Of a DNA stretch of 64,000 nucleotides, positions 34,420-45,441 are shown piece by piece (the stretch's first letter is position 1; the number at the start of each line of letters is the position of its first letter). This DNA is from a virus (Duplodnaviria; Caudoviricetes). The stretch is taken from IMG/VR virus record IMGVR_UViG_3300037418_002332, one strand, 5' to 3'. Below the pieces are notes generated by a model, which did not search any database, was not told the DNA's origin, and saw only the letters and a program-made list of their open reading frames with translations. A program made the position numbers and the translations under genes.

Positions 34420-35253
34420 ATGACACAAACCAATAACATCACCGCCAATACAACTTACCAAAAAATTGCTGACGGTCCATTGGATATCGTTTTGAATCCA
34501 GTGACAGGTGTCACATATTTGGTTATCAAAACCACAGCTGGTACACCATCATCAAATTATGCTAACACCTTTGTAATGAAATCAGGTGTTGTTGATGGTG
34601 GTCTGAATCCAATGACCATTGCGAATGGTTCTTCAGTTTACGTTCGTTCAGCTGGTTCAAGCTCAGTTCTCAATTACGTAACAACCACTTCATCCGGTGG
34701 TGGCGGCGGAACTGTAAGCATTCCTAATCCTCTTCCAGTATCTGCTTCAAGTGCACTTCCAATTACAACTCCTGGTTCCGGAGTTGCTACAGCAACTTTC
34801 ACTCGCCCAGCCGATACAAACATCTATGCTATCGGTGATTTGATTGCAAACAGCGTCACTGCTGGTTCAGTCACACCAATGACTTTGGCTGTTTCCCGTG
34901 CAAATGATACCACTGGTATGTTGCGTAAAGTTCGAGTCAAAACAAATGATACTGCTTGGGCAAGCAAAAACGTTCGTGTTCACTTCTACAAAAATTCACC
35001 AACTGTAACAAACGGCGACAATGGTGCATGGCTTTCAACCGAAAGTGAATATCTTGGTTATTCTGATATTCTTTTGGATAGACATTTCTCTGATTTTGAA
35101 AAAGGTTTTGGTGTAGCATCAGTTGGTTCAGAATTTATTTTTGCGCCAAGCTCAGGCACTCAAAATATCTTTGCTCTTCTTGAAGCACGTGATGCTGTAA
35201 CACCGGGTTCTGGTAAGACATGGACAGTAACAGTTGAGGTCATCAAAGACTAA
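34420..35253 (+). CDS. putative virion structural protein (beta-rich)
   Basis: late promoter, Thr/Ser/Gly-rich composition. Confidence 0.65.
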   Translation: MTQTNNITANTTYQKIADGPLDIVLNPVTGVTYLVIKTTAGTPSSNYANTFVMKSGVVDGGLNPMTIANGSSVYVRSAGSSSVLNYVTTTSSGGGGGTVSIPNPLPVSASSALPITTPGSGVATATFTRPADTNIYAIGDLIANSVTAGSVTPMTLAVSRANDTTGMLRKVRVKTNDTAWASKNVRVHFYKNSPTVTNGDNGAWLSTESEYLGYSDILLDRHFSDFEKGFGVASVGSEFIFAPSSGTQNIFALLEARDAVTPGSGKTWTVTVEVIKD

Positions 35254-36440
35254 TGCTTAGAGCATCACCTGCAACTCTTAATCAATCAACCAATCCATTC
35301 GCAAGAATGGCGATCGATATGGACTTTGTTAACAATGTCTATCGTGGTGGATCACAGCCTTACGGTAACAACAGCAATGATGGCAGATTGTTTCGTGATC
35401 CATCAAACATCAGTGCAACATACTGTCCTGATGCAACTGGCAAATTAGTTTTACAAGCTGCTGCTGGTCTTCGTCGCACATCTAAAGGTGTGTTTTCATA
35501 CATGTCAAGCACCAATGGCTTGTTGTGGAATCGTGATCTCAATGGCGGCATTGCTGGAGCAACATGGGTAGCGTCAAATATGACTGCTGCAAAGTCTCAA
35601 GTTGGCGCGGATGCAGCAGCTAACCAAGCGACACTTCTCACTGCTACAGCTGCCAATGGAACAATTCAACAGACTGTGGCAGGTAACGTCCAGCGTGTGT
35701 TTTCCCTCGATATCAAGCGAGTGACTGGTACTGGTGGTGTATTTTTATCACTTGATGGTGGAACTACTGAAACTGACATTTCCAGCTTAATCACCACATC
35801 ATATTCCCAACAATATATCACTCAGCTGATGTCAGCAGGTTCAACTTGTCGAATTCGTCTGGCAACCTCAGGTGATCAAGTTGCAGTTGACTTTCTACAA
35901 CTTTGTACGCCAACAATATCTGGGTTGAATATCCCAACTCAACAAAGATATGCAACAACCACCGCAACTCTGATCAATTCACAATGCCGTCCAAACGTTT
36001 TCAACACTGATGCTGGACCAATCTACGGAATCACACGTGGAGCATTTGGTTTCTATTGGCAAGGACGTTCTGAGAGACCAACTGGTGGTTATGTTATCAC
36101 ATCAGACGGTGGAATCTTCTGTAACACAACAGGCACTGGTGCGTTAACTTTTTCATTGAATCCAGGAGCTTCTACGACTGCTGCTGGTGTTTGGAGAACT
36201 GGTCTATCACAACTGAATAAAGTTGCTGGATTTGTCACCCCAAATGGTTTGATTAAGGTTGCATGTAATGGTGTTCTTGGTAATCTTGGAACAAATGCTG
36301 TACTAGATTCAGTATATACCCACTGGGACCTTGGAACAAATGGTGCAGGTAATAATACTATTATGGGCATCACTGAACGATTTTGCATTGGTAAAGAAGT
36401 CAGATTTACTGATGCTGAACTTCTAGCAATGACCACCTAA
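35253..36440 (+). CDS. putative virion/tail-fibre-associated protein
   Basis: late operon, beta-rich Thr/Gly composition. Confidence 0.65.
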   Translation: MLRASPATLNQSTNPFARMAIDMDFVNNVYRGGSQPYGNNSNDGRLFRDPSNISATYCPDATGKLVLQAAAGLRRTSKGVFSYMSSTNGLLWNRDLNGGIAGATWVASNMTAAKSQVGADAAANQATLLTATAANGTIQQTVAGNVQRVFSLDIKRVTGTGGVFLSLDGGTTETDISSLITTSYSQQYITQLMSAGSTCRIRLATSGDQVAVDFLQLCTPTISGLNIPTQQRYATTTATLINSQCRPNVFNTDAGPIYGITRGAFGFYWQGRSERPTGGYVITSDGGIFCNTTGTGALTFSLNPGASTTAAGVWRTGLSQLNKVAGFVTPNGLIKVACNGVLGNLGTNAVLDSVYTHWDLGTNGAGNNTIMGITERFCIGKEVRFTDAELLAMTT

Positions 36441-36698
36441 AAATAATTCACTTTAAAATCAAGGGTTTACAATTTTCATAGAAGAAATAATTTTGTAGAC
36501 CCTTGACAAACATCTAAAAATCAGCAATAAAATAATTCCTCGCGTGCGCGTTAACTTTTGAGGCATGAAATGCCGAAAAATGTTAAGCAACAAGTCCTTA
36601 ACAAGTCCCGTTAACTGATTCTCGCTGACTGCCTATTGATTCCGTTAACTCCCCTGCGTCCCTGAGGTTCGTATAGGGAAGAACATTCAAAATAATGC

Positions 36699-36726
36699 TT
36701 TACTTTCAAAAATTTTGGTTTATAAT
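36699..36726 (+). promoter_or_regulatory. early promoter
   Basis: TTTACT-16-TATAAT. Confidence 0.7.
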
Positions 36727-36748
36727 GAATGAAATTGAGGATTGATTT

Positions 36749-37804
36749 ATGATGCGTAAAGCTTTTGAGCTGATGAAAATTATGAACGACGCAGGTCGCG
36801 AAACCCGAATTGCTGGTGGTGCGGTCCGTGATACGGTCATGAGACAAAATCCAAAAGACATCGATCTGGCAACTGTCGCCAAGCCCGAAGAGGTTCGGGA
36901 AATCTTCACTAAACTGGGTCACTCAGTTATTGATACTGGGCTGCAACATGGTACTGTTACCGTGGTGATTGATCACATTCCATATGAAGTGACAACTCTG
37001 CGGGTTGATTCAAACCAGGATGGCCGTCATGCTGATGTGACTTTCACTGATAGTTTTGAGGAAGATGCAAAGCGTCGTGACTTCACGATGAATGCTATGT
37101 ACATGGATTACAATGGAGATATCCATGACTTCCATGAAGGGAAGCGTCATATTAATCAACAGATGATTTATTTTGTTGGTGATCCTGAACAACGTATCAA
37201 GGAAGATTATCTGCGCATCCTGCGTTATTTCAGGTTCATGGCTCGATTTAGATTTGGTCATGACTATAATGCGATGTATGCAATGGGTGATTTGCGTATG
37301 GGTCTGCATAAAATCTCCCATGAACGTATCTACTCAGAAATCATGAAGACTGCGCAAGTTAATGACACGCAAGTGTTCTATCTGATGAATAATTCATGCA
37401 TCAGTGAAGTTGTCTTCAATAAGAATCTGAAAACGGAAGAAACAACCCATACGAAACCCGAAATCACTCTGTTCATGAAGGGTATCGGTTCTAATTGGTT
37501 CCGTGAATTCAAGGCTCCTGCTGATGTGATCAAAACGATTGAATGGCATGAAAAGTTTCAGCCTTCCAATTTCAATTTTGATCTGTTCAAAAACGGTGCA
37601 GAACGTATGCGTGAATGGTGTTTCATCAATAATGTTCCTTGGGGTTCCAAGTTTGCTGAGGCACCGAAGTTTCCGCTGACTGGTCACGATTTTCCTCACC
37701 TGAAAGGCAAGGCAATTGGTGACAAACTGAAAGAACTGCAAAAGGTATGGGCTGAAAATAACTTCGAGCCCACGAAACAAGAACTGCTGAAGGAGAATGG
37801 TTAA
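36749..37804 (+). CDS. cca: tRNA nucleotidyltransferase (CCA-adding / poly(A) polymerase family)
   Basis: GGAVRD...DIDLAT, EVTTLR, RRDFTMNAM, EDYLRILRYFRF. Confidence 0.9.
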   Translation: MMRKAFELMKIMNDAGRETRIAGGAVRDTVMRQNPKDIDLATVAKPEEVREIFTKLGHSVIDTGLQHGTVTVVIDHIPYEVTTLRVDSNQDGRHADVTFTDSFEEDAKRRDFTMNAMYMDYNGDIHDFHEGKRHINQQMIYFVGDPEQRIKEDYLRILRYFRFMARFRFGHDYNAMYAMGDLRMGLHKISHERIYSEIMKTAQVNDTQVFYLMNNSCISEVVFNKNLKTEETTHTKPEITLFMKGIGSNWFREFKAPADVIKTIEWHEKFQPSNFNFDLFKNGAERMREWCFINNVPWGSKFAEAPKFPLTGHDFPHLKGKAIGDKLKELQKVWAENNFEPTKQELLKENG

Positions 37805-38382
37805 TGAATTTAGGTGAAGTATTTGGGATAGCTTTTCTGCTATCCGGTGGTTGGTTCTGGTTTGTTTTGCTGGCGGAAGTTTTCTTCCTCAGCATTTCAT
37901 GCTGGAAGGGAAATGGTTTTACATGGTTGGTGACTGTGGCTTTGGCTGCATTGTTTATCGGATTTTCCGATCTCAGCGCGCCATTCGTTTGGGTATCTGA
38001 ACATCCATATGAAACCGCATCAGTGATTGTTGGATATATTGGCATTGGTGCCGTCTATTCAATTGCCAAGTGGTGGCTATTCATTCGTGAGGATCGCAAT
38101 ATTCAAACACGCAAGAATGATTACGAAACTTACAAAAAGTGGGCACAATCTGGTCCAACTGCCGATCGCACCATTCCAACGTTTGATGATTTCTTTGCAT
38201 CTTCTTGGAACACCTTGACTCCAAGTCGTTACAAATCAACTATCATGGCTTGGATGGTTGTATGGCCTTTGTCTGGTGCTTGGACTTTGACTCACGATAT
38301 TTTCGAAAATATCTATGCGTCATTGGTGAAAATTTACACCAATATCTCAAGTCGTCACGCTCAATCTATTTTGAAAGATTAA
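37804..38382 (+). CDS. membrane protein
   Basis: several hydrophobic helices. Confidence 0.7.
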   Translation: MNLGEVFGIAFLLSGGWFWFVLLAEVFFLSISCWKGNGFTWLVTVALAALFIGFSDLSAPFVWVSEHPYETASVIVGYIGIGAVYSIAKWWLFIREDRNIQTRKNDYETYKKWAQSGPTADRTIPTFDDFFASSWNTLTPSRYKSTIMAWMVVWPLSGAWTLTHDIFENIYASLVKIYTNISSRHAQSILKD

Positions 38383-38984
38383 TGACAATGCTTGTATCAT
38401 CAAATAAGAAATTTGACAAGTGGGGTGAATATTTTTACCTTGGAGCAGCAGCGGAATATGTTTTCCCTCTTGTCAAAAATTTCGATTCAACGAAGTTTCA
38501 AGCTGATCAGTTAAAGAGACTGAAGGCTATGAAACATCTTGTTCCTATTTCACAGTACGGAATTGGTGAATACAGGCGTTACAACACCGATCAAATTCTT
38601 GATCTTCTGCTGTTTACCAAGGAAGATAAAGATATTCTCGATATGAAAATTGAGGATTTACACTTCAAAAAGGAAGTGAACGTCATAGTTCCATATTACG
38701 TTGCTACAAATGATCTCAAGAAGCATCTAAAACTGATTGATCCAAAATTGGAACTTGATGAGCCAAAGGTTTGGGACTTTTGGCATGATGACCACAAATT
38801 TGATTTTAACACTGCCTTGAATTTGCCACGTCATCTAGGCAATTATGATCGAGGCATGATGGGAACAGGTTACACAGATTTCACCAATCCATCTGATGGT
38901 TCTTCAAGTCTTGAACCTGCGGCCATTGAAATGGGCACCGGAGAATTTCTAATTTGCCTTGTTTGGGAGTGGTACAACAAATGA
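38382..38984 (+). CDS. hypothetical protein
   Basis: ATG 38382 in frame with track ORF 38205-38984. Confidence 0.65.
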   Translation: MTMLVSSNKKFDKWGEYFYLGAAAEYVFPLVKNFDSTKFQADQLKRLKAMKHLVPISQYGIGEYRRYNTDQILDLLLFTKEDKDILDMKIEDLHFKKEVNVIVPYYVATNDLKKHLKLIDPKLELDEPKVWDFWHDDHKFDFNTALNLPRHLGNYDRGMMGTGYTDFTNPSDGSSSLEPAAIEMGTGEFLICLVWEWYNK

Positions 38985-39191
38985 TACTTACTAATGAAGC
39001 TAAGATTGTTTTGATCGTTGTAACTGGAATTGTATTGATTGCTTTTGCAATCGCAGCCGACTCAATTTTGACTGGGATTTACGCACCAAGCAATCCGGTC
39101 GCTGGAACATTGAGTTTGATTGACCGGTGCGTTGGGTCAAACAGTTCCAACAATCTCCAATGCACCCAAATTGTTTTGAACGCTATGAAGG

Positions 39192-39770
39192 ATGGTGAAC
39201 ATGTTCAACATTAATAATCTGAAAGACATTGCCAATTTCATTCCAAATTTCCTTTGGACTCATATCTATGAAACTCTTTTCATATCTGAAAAAGATAAGA
39301 TCATCAAGTTGATTAACGAAGGCAAGGCTGTCGAAATCATGTCGTTGAAAATGCGACTTGAAACAGTATCCATTGTTGCAATTTATCGTGGAACACAACC
39401 AACCATCTATTTGACTTTCCCTGATGACAAGGCTCATGCTGCTTTGAAATCCCACTATGATTCTGAAAAGGCAAAGGCGCGTCGTTTGGCAGCGAAGGCT
39501 GATTTCCGCAAATCAAAGGAATTCAAGGAGTGGGCAAAGCACTTCATCATTGCTGGCGATATTCTTCAATTCACTGGCACCAAATCATACAGCCTTCGTC
39601 GCGTTATAAAGGTTGACGGTAGCAATGTTTATGGTCAACAGCTCGACAATAATTTCCGTGAAGTTGGTCAAACTACCAGCAACGGTGTTGACAAGATTTC
39701 CAAAATACGAAACAGCACCAGTGGCGAACTTGAACCAATTCGTAAAGTTTATGAGGCATGTGTAAAATGA
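39192..39770 (+). CDS. hypothetical protein
   Basis: AAGGA RBS, ORF track. Confidence 0.65.
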   Translation: MVNMFNINNLKDIANFIPNFLWTHIYETLFISEKDKIIKLINEGKAVEIMSLKMRLETVSIVAIYRGTQPTIYLTFPDDKAHAALKSHYDSEKAKARRLAAKADFRKSKEFKEWAKHFIIAGDILQFTGTKSYSLRRVIKVDGSNVYGQQLDNNFREVGQTTSNGVDKISKIRNSTSGELEPIRKVYEACVK

Positions 39771-40069
39771 AACTGAATGACATTCCTAGTGATCATCATT
39801 ATGCTGTTATCAGCACTTCAACTTCATATGTTCACCATGAAGGTGATGAACGTAGCAGAACAAATCCAGGTCATGGATATCCTGCTTACACTGAGACCAT
39901 CACCAGTTTGAATTATGAAATTTTCAAAACAAAATCTGAACTTGAAGCTTGGTTGGTAAGACACACCAATGATCTATCTAAATACAAAGTATTGAGTGTT
40001 TCGCCACTTGACGTTAAAGTGACGGTGAGTGCGATAACGAAACCGGCAACGAGAAGCATGGAGACATAA

Positions 40070-41407
40070 TTGGTAAAGCAAATATTCCTCAAAGGTAAAA
40101 AAGCAAATGAGGGATTTCTAGGAACTTTTCTTGATAATGATGCGTATGATGTTTTGCTGACCGAAGACGCTGATGTTTACAAGACAGATGCGTTTGGCGA
40201 AGATACCAGCGATAACAATGTTCTACTGAAATTTCGCAAGGGAGTTTTCTCAAAGGAACTCCGAGACGCAGCGTATAAAGGGTTGAAGGATGGCGCAACC
40301 ACATCACATAATCGTGGTATTGCTACTGGTCCAATTGAAGGCGATATTCAACGTCAATCCCCTGATTCAAAAAATGGTCGTGAATGGGTAACTGATTTTC
40401 AGTTTGAAATTTTGAATTTTTTCATTCAACCATCAGTTCTTTCATTGATGGGTGAAGATGAAAAATTGACCCTTGAAAAACTCATTGAAAAATTCAAGGG
40501 CAAGGAAAAAGAAGTTACATCTTTGCGTGGTCACGTATGGTTGACTGAAAAGATCGAACGCAATGAATTCAACTTCATGAACTGGGCACACGAAACTGCA
40601 AAGTTGCCTAAGACTGATCAAATGGAAGAAGCAAGAATTGTGTCTGAGGAATATATTTCTTCAACCAATTATGCAAATCCAGTTTTCAGTGGTGTAGGAG
40701 GTTTTTATGACAGATACCCAAGAATTCCTTATTGTAGAGCAACTGCCTACACAGCAAACAACAAAGAAAAATTTGAAATGTCTGTTCCATTCATTGAAGA
40801 TATTTCAGGATGGTTCCAAAAGTTGTTACCAACCAGATGGGCAGCTCAGAAAAAAGAAATCGTAAAGATTGATCCTGAGTACCATATTGGCAAATCAGTT
40901 TACACGACAATCACAATTAACAAAAATTTCCGTACTGCTTGTCACCGTGATGCTGGCGATTTGGAAGCTGGTTTCGGAAATCTGACGGCATTGTCTGACG
41001 ATCGTGAGTGGTCAGGTGGTTATCTTTGCTTCCCTGAATATCGTGTTGCAGTTGACATTCGACCTGGTGACGTTTTGTTGATGGACGTTCATGAAATTCA
41101 CGGCAACACCCCAATCTCAAAATTGAATGGTGATGCGCCTGAACGAATTTCAATCGTTTGTTATTTTCGTGAAAAAATGAATGGTTGCTCAGCAAAGTCC
41201 TATGAAGATTATCGTGAGAAGTTTGTCATGTGGAATAAGACTGACAAAAATTGCCCAAGCTGGAGAGAAAACTTCAATGGTGTCTATCCAGACATGTGGA
41301 AAAGCGAACGTTGGTACGATTACCTCAGAGCCAATCTTGGTGAGGACTCATTGAAACAATATCACCCTGAGGCATTCACTTCTGATTTGGCCGATTTCTT
41401 TAATTAG
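40070..41407 (+). CDS. TET/JBP-family 2OG-Fe(II) dioxygenase
   Basis: TACHRDAGD (HxD), HEIHGNTP (distal H), ERISIVCYFRE (2OG-binding R). Confidence 0.85.
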   Translation: MVKQIFLKGKKANEGFLGTFLDNDAYDVLLTEDADVYKTDAFGEDTSDNNVLLKFRKGVFSKELRDAAYKGLKDGATTSHNRGIATGPIEGDIQRQSPDSKNGREWVTDFQFEILNFFIQPSVLSLMGEDEKLTLEKLIEKFKGKEKEVTSLRGHVWLTEKIERNEFNFMNWAHETAKLPKTDQMEEARIVSEEYISSTNYANPVFSGVGGFYDRYPRIPYCRATAYTANNKEKFEMSVPFIEDISGWFQKLLPTRWAAQKKEIVKIDPEYHIGKSVYTTITINKNFRTACHRDAGDLEAGFGNLTALSDDREWSGGYLCFPEYRVAVDIRPGDVLLMDVHEIHGNTPISKLNGDAPERISIVCYFREKMNGCSAKSYEDYREKFVMWNKTDKNCPSWRENFNGVYPDMWKSERWYDYLRANLGEDSLKQYHPEAFTSDLADFFN

Positions 41408-41655
41408 AGTATATGCGAAAATGACGAAATTAATTGTTGTGTTAGTGATGGCTTTTTGTAATGCTGGTGGTGGATATCGGTGTGAATATAAAATCACACC
41501 GGTTGAAACTTGGGACCAGTGCATTCAAGCAAGTCAAAATGCTAGAATAACTTTTGGTGCAAAGGATGCATCTATGGCAATTTATTGTTCCTATATGAAC
41601 CCAAACGATCTCTAAAAATCTTTCAAATAATTCTTCTGCCAAAGGAAGAATTCGC

Positions 41656-41684
41656 TTTACTCCATCCAGTCAATAAGCTATAAT
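41656..41684 (+). promoter_or_regulatory. early promoter
   Basis: TTTACT-17-TATAAT. Confidence 0.75.
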
Positions 41685-42421
41685 GTTTATAGTGATTGGA
41701 TGGAGACTTCCGTGAGAAAGAGAACTCTTAAGACCTACAACGTTCGCTTCTTCCTCCAGTATCAGGGCGGAGGCAAGTCAGGTTCGGAATTCTTCGAAGT
41801 TGTAGCCTTCACTGCTGGTGAAGCAATCAACAAAGTTAAGAAGCAGGCTCGTGACGAAGTCTGGTATGACCGTCACGATGGTTCGGCTCAGTTTTCGGCT
41901 GTGAGGCTCTGATGGTCGTTGGAATGGATCATGAAAAGAAAATCGGTGACAAGTATTGGCATCCGACATTACATTGGGGTGAAGTGACCAACGTGGTCTA
42001 TTATCCTGATGGTGATTTCCACTTCTATGTTGTGAAGTTTGATGAAAACTTCGTTGAATGCATGGAAGAGGATATGGAAGAAGACGCTGAGGCAAAACGG
42101 AGAATGCGCTGATGTCTCTTGAAGCACAAACCAGAGCATACAATGAATATTCTCGTTTGATGGATGCTTCCAAGAAGGCATATGATGTTGGGAATATGCG
42201 CAAATATTACAAGCTTATTGATGAAGCTGAAGATGCCTTTGATTATTATCAGGATATTCAGCGCCCTTGGGAGGACTGAATGAACGACAAAGCATTTATT
42301 TTGCTCTATGTGATAGGCGTTTTGATTTTCGTCATTGGTATCACTCTGGAGTTGACCGCATGGTACCATTGCGGTTTCAGCGGTTGGATTTACGGGCGAA
42401 ACATTTTCTGGGCCTATTGGC

Positions 42422-42985
42422 TTGGTTATTGCGGAGGGTGATATGGAAGAGATCGATATTGAGGACATTGCCACCCATCAAAAGTCCATTTATGCTCGAC
42501 GTCCTGCTCGTATGTCCAAACGGACCGAAAATCTTCTAGCCATTGTCACTGGCTCTCTGTTGGCCGAAAAGTCTGAATATGGTGACAAGGATGGTCTTCT
42601 TGACGCAGCTGCAAAGTTTGTCAAGAATATTGAAATCGAAGCACGTTTTTATCGTGCTATTGCTCGGCTCATTGAGCTTGAAACAAAGCTCAATTTGAAG
42701 CGCGCACCAACTCACTTTTTCCGTACAACCAAGAAAGGTGATGTTCTTTTTGTTCACGACGGCACTGAATTCAAAATTGGCAATCCTGATATTGAAGTTC
42801 TCGACAATATGATTCAGCGTTATGAAGAAGACCTTGCTGATCAAGAAGCTGAAGAAGCTTTGTTGGGTTCAATTCGCAAGAAGCTTTCGCTCGACGAAAT
42901 TCGTATTCTTCGTGGTGAACGTGAACCAATTCTTGAAAAATTGAACCACGAAGAAAAAGATTATATTTCAAGAAATTGGGGTTGA
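42422..42985 (+). CDS. hypothetical protein
   Basis: ORF track. Confidence 0.65.
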   Translation: MVIAEGDMEEIDIEDIATHQKSIYARRPARMSKRTENLLAIVTGSLLAEKSEYGDKDGLLDAAAKFVKNIEIEARFYRAIARLIELETKLNLKRAPTHFFRTTKKGDVLFVHDGTEFKIGNPDIEVLDNMIQRYEEDLADQEAEEALLGSIRKKLSLDEIRILRGEREPILEKLNHEEKDYISRNWG

Positions 42986-43053
42986 TTGGGCTTTACTCGG
43001 CTATCTTCTTCATATATGTATGAGTTGTTAACTTAAGATATAAAGAGGATAGA

Positions 43054-43560
43054 ATGATTGTAGAAAGACCAAGACTGTTTTTGGATTCAGACGGTGTGTT
43101 GCTGGATTTTGATGCCAAATTTATGGAATTGTCCGGTGGGTTGTCTTCATCTGAGTATGAAGATACATATGGCGCAAAGCAGTTTTGGAAGTTGATTCGT
43201 GAGCACGATGACTTTTTCTACAATTTACCCTTCATGAAGGGTGGTTGGGAACTGTGGTCTCATTGTCAGCAGTATGACCCAACCATTCTGACCGGTGCTC
43301 CATTTGGAAACTGGGCCGCACCACAAAAAATCCGAGCGGCAAAGGATCGTTTCAATACAGACAAAATCATCGTTTGCTTGTCACGTAACAAGCGTGATCA
43401 TGCTAACCCTGGTGATGTTCTGGTTGATGATCTACTGAAATATAAGCATCTGTGGGAAGAAATGGGCGGTGTCTTCGTTCACCACACTTCATTTGATACA
43501 ACCGTCGCTGCATTGAAGGAAATTTATCATGGCAAAGATTACTCATCAACAAATGTATGA
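43054..43560 (+). CDS. HAD-family 5'(3')-deoxyribonucleotidase-like protein
   Basis: LFLDSDGVLLDF, ILTG, VLVDD. Confidence 0.8.
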   Translation: MIVERPRLFLDSDGVLLDFDAKFMELSGGLSSSEYEDTYGAKQFWKLIREHDDFFYNLPFMKGGWELWSHCQQYDPTILTGAPFGNWAAPQKIRAAKDRFNTDKIIVCLSRNKRDHANPGDVLVDDLLKYKHLWEEMGGVFVHHTSFDTTVAALKEIYHGKDYSSTNV

Positions 43561-43981
43561 AAATCGATTGAAGGCTGTTGAATATTTGGAACAGCCTCAA
43601 CTTCGCAAGGCTCGTGAACAACTTCGCGATAATAAGGGTGGCCGTTGTTGTCTTGGGCATATGTGCGATGCTTTTCCTGAAGCAATTTCTACGGAAAAAA
43701 ACGGTGGCCAATGGCTTTATGGCAAAGATAAAGAACCCGCTCGTGCTCCAAAAGAACTTGTAGATTTGCTTGGAATGTACACCAGTATTGGTGGCACCAA
43801 AGATTTCAATATGTTTATGAACGATAAAGGTGAATATCCATTTGGCAACACTCCTAGTCTTGCAGAAGTGAACGATCAAATGCGTGTTTCACCTCAGGCT
43901 ATAGGAAAATATTTGCGTTCGGTTATTCTCGGTGGACCAAACACTCCTTGGAAGAAAATCAAGGTGGCAAAGGCTGCTTGA
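43529..43981 (+). CDS. hypothetical protein (CCLG motif)
   Basis: ORF track. Confidence 0.65.
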   Translation: MAKITHQQMYENRLKAVEYLEQPQLRKAREQLRDNKGGRCCLGHMCDAFPEAISTEKNGGQWLYGKDKEPARAPKELVDLLGMYTSIGGTKDFNMFMNDKGEYPFGNTPSLAEVNDQMRVSPQAIGKYLRSVILGGPNTPWKKIKVAKAA

Positions 43982-44520
43982 ACAAAGTCTTCCCTAAATA
44001 GCATTGGAGATTGAAATGAATTTGATCAGTTTTCTTTTCATTGCGATTACAGTTTTAGTTGCGTGGGGACTCGGTTGGGGTGGAGCAACTCTTCATACAA
44101 AATACGAAGAATGGAGACTTAGAAGAAAGTATGGAGAATAGACAGCTAGAATTAGATTTGGGTGATAAGCTTCAAAAATGGGAGTTAATTGCCCGGAAGA
44201 TGTTGGCTACTGTCAAACACAGTAACAACACATCAGTTAGAATTTTTAAGGGTCGTAGACCCGAAGATTGGATACTTGGCACTCGAACTTTTATCTATGA
44301 TACGGATTACACATATGATCATGTTATAGATTGGGAAACTGCCAAATATCTTTATGAAAAAGTTGGAGTTTGGGACTTTTTAGATTCAGTCAAAGGCAAA
44401 CTTGACGAAGAAAAGAAGATGCGACTTCTTGATCAAGTTGTCATATGTAAAAAGTGTGGATGTGAAAAGACGATTGCTGAAATGCAATCACAGGATCATA
44501 AAGCATGTTTTGAGGGATAA

Positions 44521-45432
44521 ATGTATTCAATCGCAATGCGGACATATGGACGTTCTAAAACGTTTTCCGAACGCACCTACAAGTTTTTGAAGGCTCAGAC
44601 AGGTCTCGACTTGGCTGAGCAACTTTACATTTTTGTTGCAAACAAAGAGGAAAAGGCTCTCTACGAGGAAGCCTTGAAGGATCAACCATATAAACAAATT
44701 GTTGTTGGTGTCTTGGGTATCAAGGAAGTTACTGACTTCATGTTTCATTTCTTTGGAAATGGCAAGGAAGTCTTTTTCTTTGATGACGATCTTTTTGATT
44801 TCTTTGAATTTCCTGGTCATCCATTGACAATAAAAATCCAAAAAGAATCAACAAATTTGCACAATTATTTACTCGATGGGTTTAAAACCATTCATGAAGA
44901 AGGCATATCAACTTTCGCCTTCCGGTCCATGACCAATCCACTTTTCATCAGTGGAAAAGCTTTCAAGGAAATTCGTCCACACTATTTGGTTGGTTCAGCA
45001 TGGGGTGCTGTGACTAATTTTGAACTCCATACAACCATGTTTGGGCACAATGAAGATATGGAACGTTCAGCCAAAGTTATTGAAGAAGATGGTGGTTCAT
45101 TGGTTTACAATTGGGCTGGTATGATCAGTCATATCAACAATGTTGGCCAAGGTCTCAATGAAGGTGGAATGCAATCATCAGGTGATCGCGGTGATTTTGA
45201 TGATCCTGAATCCAGATATAATCATACAAAGGCTATTGTTGATACTTTGGCGAACAAATCATTGATGCCAAAATATTTCAATGGTCCATTCTACGATGAA
45301 ACTTTGAAAGCTTGGGATTGGAAAATCAAACCATTGAACAGTTTGAGAAAATATCCAATTCGTGAAAAACGTTGGGATGAATATTTCGATTCAGTTTCCC
45401 ATGAAATTGTAACAAATAAATTGCCAATTTAG
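44521..45432 (+). CDS. GT-A fold glycosyltransferase (TET-associated type)
   Basis: YSIAMRTYGRS, FFFDDD, EDMERS. Confidence 0.7.
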   Translation: MYSIAMRTYGRSKTFSERTYKFLKAQTGLDLAEQLYIFVANKEEKALYEEALKDQPYKQIVVGVLGIKEVTDFMFHFFGNGKEVFFFDDDLFDFFEFPGHPLTIKIQKESTNLHNYLLDGFKTIHEEGISTFAFRSMTNPLFISGKAFKEIRPHYLVGSAWGAVTNFELHTTMFGHNEDMERSAKVIEEDGGSLVYNWAGMISHINNVGQGLNEGGMQSSGDRGDFDDPESRYNHTKAIVDTLANKSLMPKYFNGPFYDETLKAWDWKIKPLNSLRKYPIREKRWDEYFDSVSHEIVTNKLPI

Positions 45433-45441
45433 GAGAAATAA

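Noticed and set aside
36549-36616. CtrA boxes
   Set aside because: TTAA half-sites are spaced 9 and 11 nt, not 7
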